DNA from: Podarcis tiliguerta
Lineage: Eukaryota
DNA: 64,000 nt
NCBI GenBank assembly: GCA_965153285.1
Contig: OZ229118.1
Strand: one strand, 5' to 3'
Notes under the pieces: model-generated
Database searches by the model: none
What the model saw: the letters and a program-made list of their open reading frames with translations, nothing else
What the model was told of the DNA's origin: nothing
Made by a program: the position numbers and the translations under genes
In this document: one piece after another, positions 11,181-23,185 of the stretch
Layout of the letters: the number at the start of each line of letters is the position of its first letter
Numbering within the stretch: the stretch's first letter is position 1

Positions 11181-13170
11181 TCTAAGCCAAATTATATGTA
11201 CTACAGTAAAAATCCCAAGGCAAGATTAATTTTATGGTGGTACCCTGACTAAATGCTGATGTTGTGGCTTCTAAGTTTGTCCACAACTGTTCTCTGCCAT
11301 CAACCTTTGAATATGAGGCCTCCAGTTAACGATGCATTTCCAAACCTAAAATTCTAGTTACTCCTGCCTGTTTGTTTGTTTGTTTGTTTCAAACCCTGCC
11401 CCCCCCCCCCCACCAGAGCACTTGCAAATTGCTGGCAGTCTCAGTTGACCACTTAATAAAAAAACCTATTCTACAAATCAAAGCTTATTAAAATAGAAGG
11501 CTTTCTTTAGCACCAGCAGCATTCTGAAAATCAGTGCCACATTATGAAAATCACAGGCTGTTGGATAGGCTTTAAAGGAAGGTGCTTTTAACTGATCCTT
11601 TTTTTGGGTGGGGGGAGGATTAGTAGACTGCTCCTGTGCCATATTATGAAATCACAGGCCTTTGACCAGGGTCTTGGTAGCCTCCTTAGCAATCTGGTCC
11701 TGGACAAAACAGCTTTGATCTCCATCGTGAGGTGGGGAAATACAACCGTGGATATTTTTGACTGTTTTGCAACTTTGGTGGGAACCATTTGAATGGAGCT
11801 AGCAAACCACCAGTGGTCTAAGGACCAGAACCTCTGGTTTAAGAAGTTTCCATGTAGGAGAGGTTTTTCATTTGCTTGTTCGTTAACTTCAGCACATCAG
11901 TGCATTTGGGTGTAGGTAAGAACAAGGACTGCCTTGTTTATTCAGTGTTAAGTATTAACAGGGCCCACACCATTTCATCCACAACAGGATTTTATCTTGC
12001 AAGAAGTGTGTACACGAGTGGTCTTATGCTAACAAAGGCTCTGCATTTGAGAAAAGAAACTCACTGAAGTTTGGTTATCTTTAAAAAAACATGTGTTCCA
12101 GGTTGTTGTTTTTAAAAGGCCACATTTTGAAACAAAGTATTACTGTCTATGCACAGAAAATTCAGCCATTGCAAGATGTCTATGTAAAATATAGGTGAAA
12201 GTATTTTCTTTTACACAGATGACTACCAGATTTGTCATAAATAAAGCCTTTTGATAAGCAAATGAAACCATCCTCTCTTTGAGATCCATTCTTTGGTGTG
12301 CATTTTTCCTCCAGTTTCTTATATAGCATAGAAATGTAAATTTTGTTATCTCTAGATGTAGAGAGAGAAAGCTGCCGAAAGTTTATTAGAGTGCATTGCC
12401 CGGATTTTAAGCAAACCATATCTTATACACACAGTAATGAGTTTTGTTTTAACTGCTTTTGGCAATTCAATTTCAGTGTCCAGTAAAGCAATTACCAGCT
12501 ATTCCAACAGAATGAGAAAGCATAACATGACACAGTAAGCATCTTTGTCATTATGTTTTAGAAAGGCTTGCTCTTAAAACCAGGTGATTGAAAACAAGTG
12601 TGGCTGCATATTTGAGGATACAACTGAATATCCTGACTGCTACATATCTGAGGATAGGACTGAGGGCAGGAACAGCTATAATGTTTTGCATTTAAGAAGC
12701 TACACTCATCTCACTCAGCAGTTTATAAATTTGCCCCAAACTGAAATCTCATGTGTGTTAACACCAAAACACTTCATTAATAAATCAGTTTAATTGCTTC
12801 AAAATGCAACAGACAAAAGGTGCCCCCAATTAATCAGTAACATATTTAAATAATACTTATTTAAAAATAAGTACTTACACTAACAAGTGAAAATCACAAG
12901 TGCTATATTAGCATTTCCTCTTGTGTGAGAGTGAAAGGGAAATGCCTCTTCTTAGATAAAGCCCATAAGGACGCATGCATGCATCATCTTAAAAATACAG
13001 AGAACCTGTTTCTCACTTCAAAACAGTTGTTTTCAGCAATATGCTAATTTATGCAAATATATTTATTAACACACTGGTTGACTGATCAGGTAAAACTTGT
13101 ATGAGTAATTGACTGTGATTTCTTTAATCATATGGCAGTCCCCTGTCTCTCTCCCCCCCCCCCCCCCCCC

Positions 13171-13277
13171 GTTCAGGGAAGTTTTTAATGTGTGACATTT
13201 TTGTGTATTTTTGGTCTTTGTTGGAAGCCGCCCACAGTGGGCGGGGTACAAATAATAAATTTATTATTATTATTATT

Positions 13278-13309
<32 letters not shown>

Positions 13310-13320
13310 TATTCTTATTA
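13171..13320 (+). mobile_element. L2 tail with compound (TTA)n(TCA)n microsatellite
   Basis: GCCGCCCACAGTGGGCGGGGTACAAATAA, then TTA and TCA runs. Confidence 0.75.
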
Positions 13321-15044
13321 AAGCTACATTTTATGCAACTTTTCATAGTTGGGATTGTTGGACTTTTATGGGGGGGATGTTTTTAGCTCTCATGGTTGCA
13401 GAGAAGGGTTTGACAATACCTTGGCATTAGGTGTCAAAAGCTCAGAAAATGGGGGGAAAGAAAGGGGAAAAGCATCGGCTGCCATCACTGCTCTAAAGAA
13501 GTCCATGCATTCTGCTGCCTTGCCATACAAGACGGTGGCAGAAAGAGTGTGCAGAGGGAGGAATGACTGTATGTGGCACACGGAAAGAGCTGCAAAAGCT
13601 TGAGGGCAATGTGCCCAGCTGCAAAGGACTCCATGGCACTGACCTGAGTCATCAGGTCACCTTAGTCACTGCAATTACTGTAGGTAGGATGCCACTTTAG
13701 CAAATGGGGGAAAAGGCCCTTCTTATGGTCACAACACCTGAAACTAAATAATACTGCTAGCTCAGTATTCCTGCTACTTGTTCTTGACAGCACTTGCAAG
13801 GCTTACAGTGCCCATGCCAGAACAGCAGACATAAATCAGAAATATAGGAGAGCCACACAGTATCTCAGCAGATAGTTACAGATACGGTGGTGTTTGGGCA
13901 AAGGGGTCGGACAGTAAAACTAAAACGTGTACCAAAAGGAACTGTAAATTGAAAGAGGAAGAGCACCCATTATTAGATTAGTTATCCTAAACCATTTACA
14001 AACAGTGCATCTATCTATCACTTCAATTATGTTTGTAAACAAGACTGGAAGCAAGATGCCCATAATTATGACCAAAATGTTTTGGGTTTTGGGTATTTTT
14101 ATTTTTTTAACATTAGCCAAGCAATTGTGTGCATTTAGCTTTGTGAAATGCAATAAGCAACCTGGCAATTTATTATTTTCTGTAAATTGAAGACAGATTA
14201 ATCAATCTAGCTACTTTCTTTTGTCACCGATTGCATTTTTAACCCAGAATCTCTGTTTATTTTGATAACACAAAATGATACAAGGCCCTGAATTAATTTC
14301 TGTCTGCTCACTTGTAATATCCAATCTTCTACAATAGTCAGGTTAAGGGAAGAAAAGCACAGTTAAATCTTAAAAAATGCATCTGACTCCTGATTGTTAG
14401 TTTATTTTTATATATTTATACACTGGTTTTCTATTCACTTCCATTCATATTTATTTTCTATTTCTGTTCAAAGTGGTCAATCGCTACATCAGAAAAGTAT
14501 ATGAATCCTTTATCAAACCAGTAAGAATCATAATTTTAAAATGTAGAAAACTAGCACAACAACACATTCGTAAGTAACACCAATATATCGGCTAAAAGAT
14601 CCAGTTAGTCATCAGAAGTCAAAAGGCCAATTGAAACAGATGGGTCTTAAACACCTGCTAAATAGCAGAAGACCCTGGTGGCTACTCCCAGGAAGAGTGT
14701 ACAAAAACACAGATATTATTACAGAAGGTGCCCTTTCTCCTTTGCAAACAATAAAATAAAATGCTAGAATCATAATAGTTAGTATCGCAGGAAAGGCAAC
14801 AGTCCTGAACCAGATGTACTTAGAAACAAATCTTAAAATCAATGCTTTACCTCTGAGTAAACATCGCTAAGGCCAGGTTGCAAACAGACTCTTGTCTGAA
14901 GACAGTGTCAACACTTTTAAATATTCTGACACAGTGTATGAAACTGCAGCGATCACTCTGCTTCCTGTGCCCTTCAGTACCAGTTCCCCTAATCTACACC
15001 GTCCCATCCCACACAGTTTTTAATACACTCAGCATTTCTCAAAA

Positions 15045-15178
15045 CAGGGGTGGGTAATCAATTACTATCCAGTTGTTGCTGGACTACAATTCCCATCGTC
15101 CCTAACAAATAGCATGCTGGCTGGGCTGATGGGAGTTGTAGTTCAATTGGCATCAGAAGGATAAGTTCCACACCCTTG
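15045..15178. mobile_element. Palindromic hAT-type MITE
   Basis: CAGGGGTGGG...CACACCCTTG ends, internal ACTACAATTCCCATC / GATGGGAGTTGTAGT arms. Confidence 0.7.
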
Positions 15179-15480
15179 CTTTACACCCGTATCTGCATAT
15201 CTGCCAACTGCATATGATGAAGTAGGTGATAGTCTACAGAAACCAATGCCGCAAGATACAACAACACCATTCCCCCTGGTACTTGTAGACTTCTGATTTC
15301 GCCCCACTGCATTTGGGCTAAAGGAGCTGCCCGGTGAGAGGCACATTGGCTTCTGCTAAGCTCAATCATATTTGCATTAGGAACGTGAAAGCCCTTTAGA
15401 ACTTGAATGGAGAACCTCAGGCCTGGAGCCTGAATGCAGCCCTCCAGGCCACGCTGTCTGGTCCTTTGGATGCTTTTCAG

Positions 15481-15808
15481 ATCATAGAATTGTAGAGCTG
15501 AAAGGTACCCGGAGGATCTAGCCCAGGGGTGCCCAAACTTTTTCCAAAGAGGGCCAGATTTGAAGTGAACATACGTGAGGGCCAACCAAAGTTGTTGAGC
15601 TTTTTTAAGGATTAGACCCCAGGACATATACTGCCGGATTAAATCTTAAATCGACCGGCAGGCCTGATTAGGCCCCAAGAATGCACTTCAGACATGCCTG
15701 ATCTACTCCAACCCCTTGCAGGAATATGCAGCTTTTCCTATGTGGGGATTGAACCTGCAACCTGGGCGTTATCAGCACCACACTCTAACTAACTGAGCTA
15801 TCCAGGCT
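15481..15808 (-). mobile_element. SINE with tRNA-Ile-like head and CR1-type tail, interrupted
   Basis: Minus strand reads GATAGCTCAGTTAGTTAGAGTGTGGTGCTGATAACGCCCAGGTTGCAGGTTCAATCCCC, and the tail ends CTCTACAATTCTATGAT. Confidence 0.85.
15524..15700. mobile_element. hAT MITE inserted in the tRNA-Ile SINE
   Basis: CAGGGGTGCCCAAAC...GACATGCCTG ends. TSD copies ATCTAGCC and ATCTACTC are each one change from an inferred ancestral ATCTAGTC. Confidence 0.8.
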
Positions 15809-16665
15809 CTCTTCCCTTTCCCTGGCTCTGCTCCACACCCTTCCTCAAGTGGAAAATGTCCTTGAACAATGAAACTGTTGTTTGCTTGCCTGATGGAGGA
15901 TGGAGAGGCTTTGAGCCCTCTGACTTTTGAAGAGCCACGTCCACTACTCCACTCACTTTTGCCTCTGGCCCTGCCCAACCTTTGCAACCACTGGAAGGTT
16001 GTGCAGAAGTGTATGGAGCCCTCTGATTGAAAAAGTTTCCCTGTACCTGTTTTGGAAGAAGCTAGAGAGACAACAATGCTGGGCGAGGCAATTAAGTTAA
16101 CTAGATGGGGATTTTTTTTTTGTAAATTCATAATTATTACAAGTTAACATCCATACGGTGTAGCAAAATATGTCGAGTATCTTGAATAATTTTTTGGGGG
16201 GGTGCGTGTGTGAAAAAATTAATAAAATAGTTACAGGATAGAATTTTAGCATTGTACCCACAGTTTCCATCCCAGCAAAATTATGATACTGCAGATAATA
16301 TCTTTTAATAAAATGGCCTCTGCAAAAGACAGGCCATGACTGGGGAATGCAAGGGAAATGTTTTCATTAAAATGATAATGGAACTGTGAAGTTTAGCACC
16401 ACACATTTTCCCACCGAAGTAGAAAGGCAAAAGCCTTGGTGCAGCTCCTTTCACAACCTCTGAGAAACAGGGCAATTATCGGAAAATGAACTGAACTGAA
16501 CTTAGAAGCACAAAACAAAGCCCAATTGTGCAAAGAGATGAGACCTGCTACTTTTCTTTGTACCAATGTAATGCTATGACAATTTGGTGCTCTTGGTACC
16601 ACAAGCTTTATACACTACTGTGGTCTGCTTTGAACTCTGGGAAAACAACAAAGCCCTAAAACTTA

Positions 16666-16875
16666 GGCTCCATCTGCACTATAGATTTAAAGCAGTATCA
16701 TGTCACTTTAAACAGTCATGGCTTCTGCCAAAGAATCCTGGGAACTGTAGTTTCTTAAGGGTGCTGAGAGTTCCTGGGAGACCCCATCCCCCTTACAGAG
16801 ATACAATTCCCAGAGTGGTTTAACAACCAATCCCTCATCACAAGGAATTGTAGCTCTTTGAGGAGAATAAGGGGG
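16666..16875. mobile_element. Harbinger-type MITE, truncated
   Basis: TTA|GGCTCCATCTGCAC start and GAATCCTGGGAACTGTAG body shared with 54985-55287. Confidence 0.6.
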
Positions 16876-16963
16876 TAAATGATATTTGAGAGAGGAGGAA
16901 GAGAAAATGCTCTTGTCGTTTTCCCACAGGTTTCCCTTCTAGTGAGTATACTTGTGTTTAGAG

Positions 16964-17102
16964 CAGGTGTTGTGAGCCTTTGGCCTGCCAGATGTTGCTG
17001 AACTACAGCTTCCATCATCCACAGCCATTGGCCATTCTTGCTGGGACTGATGGGAGTTGCAGTTCGGAAACTTCCAGAGGGCCAGAAGTGTCCCCACATC
17101 TA
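16964..17102. mobile_element. Palindromic hAT-type MITE
   Basis: Complementary arms around a central loop. Left TSD GTTTAGAG at 16956-16963. Confidence 0.75.
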
Positions 17103-17109
17103 TTTTAGG

Positions 17110-17424
17110 CAGGGCCGGATTTAGGTTTGATAAGGCCCTAAACTACTGACAGTAATGGGGCCCTTTATATGTCCAGCTGTCCTTTGTCAACAACAAATTA
17201 TCACGGTTTTTTGTGTTGAATATATGCTAGATGGTAATTTATGGACCTAATAGGTATCTAAAGCCATTTGCAACTGTTGCTGTATGTAGGTTTTATTTTG
17301 TTTTTTATCTTATATTTTGGAAATGTACATCCACTTGTTTTCTTCCTTTAAATTTTTTTGGGGCCCCCAAGAGAGTGGGGCCCTAAGCTATAGCTTGTTT
17401 AGCTTGTACGTAAATCCAGCACTA
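17110..17424. mobile_element. hAT (Tip100-like) MITE
   Basis: TIR CAGGGCCGGATTTA / TAAATCCAGCACT, TSD ATTTTAGG/AGTTTAGG (7/8), GGGGCCC subterminal repeats. Confidence 0.85.
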
Positions 17425-18349
17425 AGTTTAGGGGAAATGTAATGTGGCAGGCAGCCATTGGGACGGGGGCAGATGTCAGGTGCTAGACCCTGGCTTCAGG
17501 TTTTGGGAGACCTTTGGGCAAGATGCTTTAGGTGCCCCCACCCACAGTGGGTCCTCCTAATCCCACCTGGTATCACCACCCATTCATTTACTCTCTCCAC
17601 TAGGGCCCCCTTTCACACCATTGTCCCCAAGGACAGAACATAAGACAAGGCTCCTTCTCCTTACTGCTGTTCCTGAATGTCTGCTCAGAGAGGGCAGATG
17701 AACAAGCAGCAACAGGAAGGACAAGATGCCTCCTTACTTCCTCAGCGGCATCAACAAGGGCTATAGAAGTCAGGGACTTGTGTGATGCTACTTCTTCCTA
17801 TCAGTATTCATAGCAAGGTCACAACTCAGACACTGGGAATCCCTGAGCCTTGTCCATTTATAGGCCTATTATCACCACCAATAAGACATTCAGAACTGTC
17901 GGTTTCAACCCCCTGCCGATATCTAAGCTTGCCTAGGGCTGCATGCAGATAGGCAGAATTGGAAAGTCTTCCATTTATTTTACTTACAGTTTTATGAATG
18001 CACACTAACTAAAAAAGCTTGCAGCTGACTGATTTTGCAATATACAAGTGTTGTGACAAGCGTACCACACCCAGACAAGCCAGCCAGGCAAGAAAGCTGG
18101 GATTAAGATAATTTGTGCCATACGGGTTGTGCTGCCCACTCTCTGGCACAATTCAACAGTTTACTGGGAGAGCCACAGTTGAAGTTGGAAGGTATGAACC
18201 ATTCAAAATACTGTCTCTACTTGGGGGCGGGGGGGGCGGGCGATTCACAATCATTATTCCGGATGTACTTGACATGATTGCATCTGTATTTGTCTTTATG
18301 GGACATTTCAGGTTTTCTTCCTAAATCTGGTCTCTAATTTTAAAACACC

Positions 18350-18450
18350 CATCTCGACTACAACTTCCATCATCCCTGACCAATTTGTGACTGGGCTGAT
18401 GGAAGTTGCAGTCCAAAACATCTATAGGGCACCAGGTTGCGGGGAGCGGA
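18350..18450. mobile_element. Palindromic hAT-type MITE, partial
   Basis: GACTACAACTTCCATCA / TGATGGAAGTTGCAGTC arms. Confidence 0.7.
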
Positions 18451-19522
18451 TACAATAGCTACAAACAAACCCTCACAGAGTAATGTATAAAACATTGTTA
18501 AAAAATTACCACATATAGAATCTTAATAGTGCCGTCCACTACAATCTGGGTAGCAGTGTTCTTTAGGGAGACCGGAATATTTAGGATCTGCTCCACCTAG
18601 TGAGATTCAGGCGATGCCAGGCTATGTTTTTCAGACAATTCTCTCACAGCTTAGCAAAATCTCAGCTGGCACTGTCACTGGATATAATTTGATAAGGATC
18701 CTTTGTCTCTGCCTGCAGTCTCCGGGTATATAGCACACTTTGCTGTGATAATTGGTTTGGCTGTCCATTCCACCCATCAGGTGATAGAAAACTATCAATC
18801 AGGCTAAATGCAATGTGAGAGAAGTCTCTTTAGCCAATTAGCTGGTAATGAGAACATTAGCCACAATATCTTCAGCAGAGGGCACCTTAGCAATTGTTCT
18901 ATCTAGGTGATTAATAGTGATCATATGATACTACAGGAATTTTATGCTGTTATATTAAAAAAAAATCCAAAAAGAATTATCCACTTCACACTCTTAAATA
19001 TTTTAAAAGCCACTGATGATCTTATGTTCGTCCCTGCTTATTTCTGTGTCTTGGAGATTAGTACTCTTTGTACCAAAACAGCATTCCAATTATATTAGAA
19101 TTTTCCTAGATGAGAGGAGTTACATAATATCAACTCATGTCCCATAATTTTTAGGAATTATGTGATTTTTCTAAGAAAAGCAATGGTAGTAGAGGCCAAA
19201 TCAGTAACACAAAAACAGAGGCAACATTGCTATTTGAATGCAACCACACAGAGGTAGCTTCATGTGCCAAGCTATTTATGTAAAGTGGCTCCGTGCATAA
19301 TTTTTCACCCAGCAAATAATGCAGTGCTTGGAATGAAATAGTTTGGTTTACCAAAGTTCACTGAATTAGTACAACAATCTCTGAATTACACCTGAAAGTA
19401 AGTCCCCATAGTTGCCGAGTGAGCTGAATGTGCATTAAGTTCATTTTGGGGTTGCGTTGTTGTTGTTGTTTTTACTCTTTGGACACTTCAGGCCTTTAGG
19501 CTTAAAGATCATAATTGTTGGG

Positions 19523-19607
19523 GAAATCGTAGACTCACAGAACCGTAGAGCTGAAAGGGACCCAAAAGGCCATATACTCCCATACCCTGCATTACAGGAA
19601 TGTCAGC
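19523..19607 (-). mobile_element. CR1-type SINE tail fragment
   Basis: GTAGAGCTGAAAGGGACCC...CCCTGCATTACAGGAAT matches the tails at 15481 and 37159. Confidence 0.6.
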
Positions 19608-22600
19608 TTCAGCTGCCTAAAGCCTGCAGGGTCCAGGCAGCTGGCATGAACAGCACTGGGCAATTCATATTCCACCATGTGTGTGTGCTTTGATGTTTTC
19701 TTACTCTTAAGTACCGGTATATTCTGTACTTGTAATGTTCTGAATGCTGAAAACAAAATTCTGAGGATCATTTGGGTGAACTGGAATTAACTGCGAACTT
19801 CAACGTGAACCAAACTAGTTCTGCAAATGAATGAATGTGAAGTGGAATTAGTTTATTTTTGGAAATGTTGAACTTGAACTAAATGAGCTTTCTGAGCTGT
19901 AACATTATCCCAAGAGAAAACAAAAAAATGAGTGCATAAGTGTGTCAATGTGAGGAAAAATCAACAGAAACATGAAAGGAATCATTTCCCCACAATGAAA
20001 CACTTTTCACTTGAACCTGCCTCCATGCCAGCCAGCCAGCCTTATACGTATTTAACAACTCACCTGGTAACTATTGGTGACCAGGAATTCTGTGCAGGTT
20101 AGTGAACAGGCTGGTAGAAGAGAGACAGATTGCTCCTCTCTCCTCTACCAGCCTCTTTGACTTCTATCTAGTTCACAAGGAAGTTAAGTCTCCTCTTCCA
20201 CAACCATCACAGAAACACAGTGGGCTTGTGTTGTGGAAACAGATTGCTCCTTCCTTTTCCACCAGCCCACTTCTTAGCTAGCTATTTATTTATTTATTTA
20301 TTTATTTCTAAGCTCTTAACAGGCCTGCATTTTCAGGCTCTTAACAGGCCTGCAAAGGAGGTGGCAAGTATGGGAATGAAGGCCAGTGGACTTTTGTGTG
20401 TGTTGGAGCTGGGGCTTTTCACAGCAGAAAATGCCTCTTGCCTTGCAAGCAGGCACCACTGATTTAGTCCCAGGTAATTTCTGCTGTATTCATGGGGACT
20501 CATACCTGAGTAAATATGCTTTGAATTGGGTTGTGAAGTGCCTTGCTTCTACCCAAAGTCAATGTCATATTCCTGAGTGCAATTTTAGCCTCTGAAAACT
20601 GAACCCTAAATGCTATGAAGCGTGACAGCTTGGAGCTTCTTCCTGTCCTGTGCTTGGTTACATTTTGCCTCCCACAACAGGTCTGTGTGGGTGTTATGTG
20701 CATGTGTATAAGCAACATGCAGGATTTAGCAGTACAGATCACAGAAGCACACTTTCGGAACAGGAAATGCAAAGTAGATAATTGCCAGAGTGATTGATAC
20801 AAAGATACATATTTTACTGCCTTAACTTTACCATTTTTGTACTTTTAGGGTAACATGTATCGTGCACACACACACAAAATTTCAGGTGCTATCAGGAGCT
20901 TTCAGTTGATGATTGGAATGTGTCAGGGATTCTGCTGGCATACCTGCCACCCTACTACCCATCCGTCTCCCTGCCTGACCTGGTCTCAGGTGTGGTATTA
21001 GTGAATGCTTAGGCAATGAAGCAACAGGCCCTGCCAGCAATTCATTTTTCTGTGTGGCAAAGATCTTCTCTGGCTGCAAGAGCGAAGCTCTCAACAGCTC
21101 TCAACTGCAAGCATGTGGAGAGGGGTGAGGGTCAGGTAACCACTTCAAGTGCAATCTGGCCATCTCTGCCTATAGGGAATGTGAAGAAGGGGGAGTTTCT
21201 TTCCTTCTTGGGATTCCAGACAGAGGGAGGCCAGCACTGATGCACTCTGTATGTCCCCACTCACCACTAATTACAGAGGTGTAATTAGTAATAATATAGT
21301 AACTCCAAGTGTTCATGACAAAACTGATTCTGCCATGGGTCAGCATGCCCTGTCTACTGCTGAATGGACCTTAGAGAGGAAGGCAGAGAACTGTGGCGGG
21401 CTCAGCTTTCTTCACCTGCAAGTCCCTTCTGCAGTAAACAAATCGGACCATCCCGTCGTATACTGTGACCAGATGAATAAACAAACATGGCTTCCACAAT
21501 TACGGAGTTGCACAAGGCCTCATCTGAACCAGGAATGTCTCTTAGGAGATATCCAAGCTTCCTGAATCATCTTATGGTCCCTGAAATAGGGAGCTTTACC
21601 TGAAATTCAGATGAGCACCATTTTAGCCCTAGTTTGGAATTCCTATCATTTCCCTGTAACACCTTAAGATACCTTAATTGAATTACATACGGTCCAATTT
21701 TCTTAATACAGAGACAGGCTCTGAGTGATCTGTGCTAGAGGAGAGAGGTGAGGCAAAAGAGATTAGTGAGTGGAGTGATGATTGGAAGTGGCAGGGTAAT
21801 CAATAGGCCCTGGTTCAGAGGGTGAACTGACAAAATTCAGCTGCACTCTGAATGCTATACATTCACTGGCATAAACTCTCCAAGTGAGATTGGGATGTAG
21901 GAGGAATGCTACCAAGTCAGATGATTAAAACCCATTTTTCTTCTCTAACTGTCCTTTAAAAATATTATTCCATTTCTCCACCCCACCTCTTATTCAGCCC
22001 CTCTTATATTTGAAACATGCAATGAATTTCAGATGAAATGTATTAAAAAGCGCTTAGATGCCATGGTGATAGGCACATTATAAATACCATAGAATAGAGG
22101 AGATGAGATAGACAGATTTAAGCACACAGTGAATTCCACATGAAAGATATTAAAATAAAGCTAAAAGGTAAAAAAAATAAATCCATTTATAGGAATATTT
22201 TGCAATATCCTCAGCCATTCAGTTAAAGGCATTGGTTCCAGAGAGATCAGTGCAAGCTCCTGCCAGTGGCTTCAACTTAACATCTCTGGACAGCTTCTGC
22301 AGTCACTCCCCATACAACATTTCTAGTGCATTTGCTGGAGTCTAGCAAAGAAAAGCAGTGGCTCAAAGATCCGAATGTTAACGGGGAAGTTTCATATTAT
22401 TTAATGCAAAGGGGAAAGCTCATAGTCTTCCAAAGCAAACAGGAAATTTTCTCTCTCTCTCATATCTCTCACCCACTGATATTAATATAAGAGGCAGACA
22501 AGCCACTATCGTCATGGTAGCAAATGTGGAGAGTGACATCAGGTTGGGAAAGTTTCATCGGGGGCAGGGGGCAGAAATGGGTGGGTATGACATATACTGG

Positions 22601-22827
22601 TAGACATATACTAGATTTAAATAGACAATTGATTCCTCTAGTAATAATTGGTGGAAAGGAGCTAGTCGAGGACCTGCGTAGTACTAAGTATTTGACATAC
22701 AGCTCAGAAATCCTTTGTTTAGTTATGTGCTCACTGGAAAGGTTCAGCAAGTCAGTTTCTTTCTGTCTGCTTGGGCCTTGTTCCTCATTTGTAACAATGA
22801 CACCCACCAAACTGCAGGAGCTAAGTA

Positions 22828-23185
22828 CAGTGGTGCCTCGCAAGACGAAAAGAATCCGTTCCGCGAGTCTTTTTGTCTTGCAGTTTTTTCGTCTTGCGAA
22901 GCAAGCCCATTAGCGGAGTAGCGCTATTAGCAGTTTAAGGGCTAAAAACGGCTTTTTAAGGCTTAAGGGATTAGCGGTTTTGCTGCTAAAATGCTTTTAG
23001 CAGCTTAGCGCTTCAGAAAAAGGGGTTTTGGAGTGGAAAACCCCCCCGAAAATTTTCGTCAATTTTCGTCTTGCGAAGCAACCCCATAGGGAAATTCGTC
23101 TTGCGAAGCGCCTCTGCAAACGGAAAACCCTTTTGTCTTGCGGGTTTTCCGTCTTGCGAGGCATTCGTCTTGCGGTGCACCACTG
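22828..23185. mobile_element. pogo/Tigger-type MITE, family A
   Basis: TA TSD. TIR CAGTGGTGCCTCGCAAGACGAA / TTCGTCTTGCGGTGCACCACTG. About 8 GTCTTGC motifs. CpG-rich. Confidence 0.92.

Larger units (their letters stand above)
15402..16049. mobile_element. Old hAT element, outer layer of a nest
   Basis: Degenerate TIRs and TSD CTTTAGAA/TTTTGGAA (6/8). Body present at 15402-15480 and 15809-16049. Confidence 0.6.

Noticed and set aside
13124-13430. Poly-M/I/S ORFs
   Set aside because: Translations of the (TTA)n(TCA)n tail.
15735-15808. tRNA-Ile-like gene
   Set aside because: Diverged stems, continues into a SINE tail; it is a SINE head.
16930-16947. Possible 12-nt plus-strand microexon
   Set aside because: Wedged between MITEs, with only splice-like dinucleotide context as support.
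22828-23185. CRISPR-like spaced repeats (GTCTTGC motifs; also at 27484 and 51357)
   Set aside because: Short, irregularly spaced, mixed orientation, inside TIR/TA-bounded MITEs; no cas genes; eukaryotic DNA.
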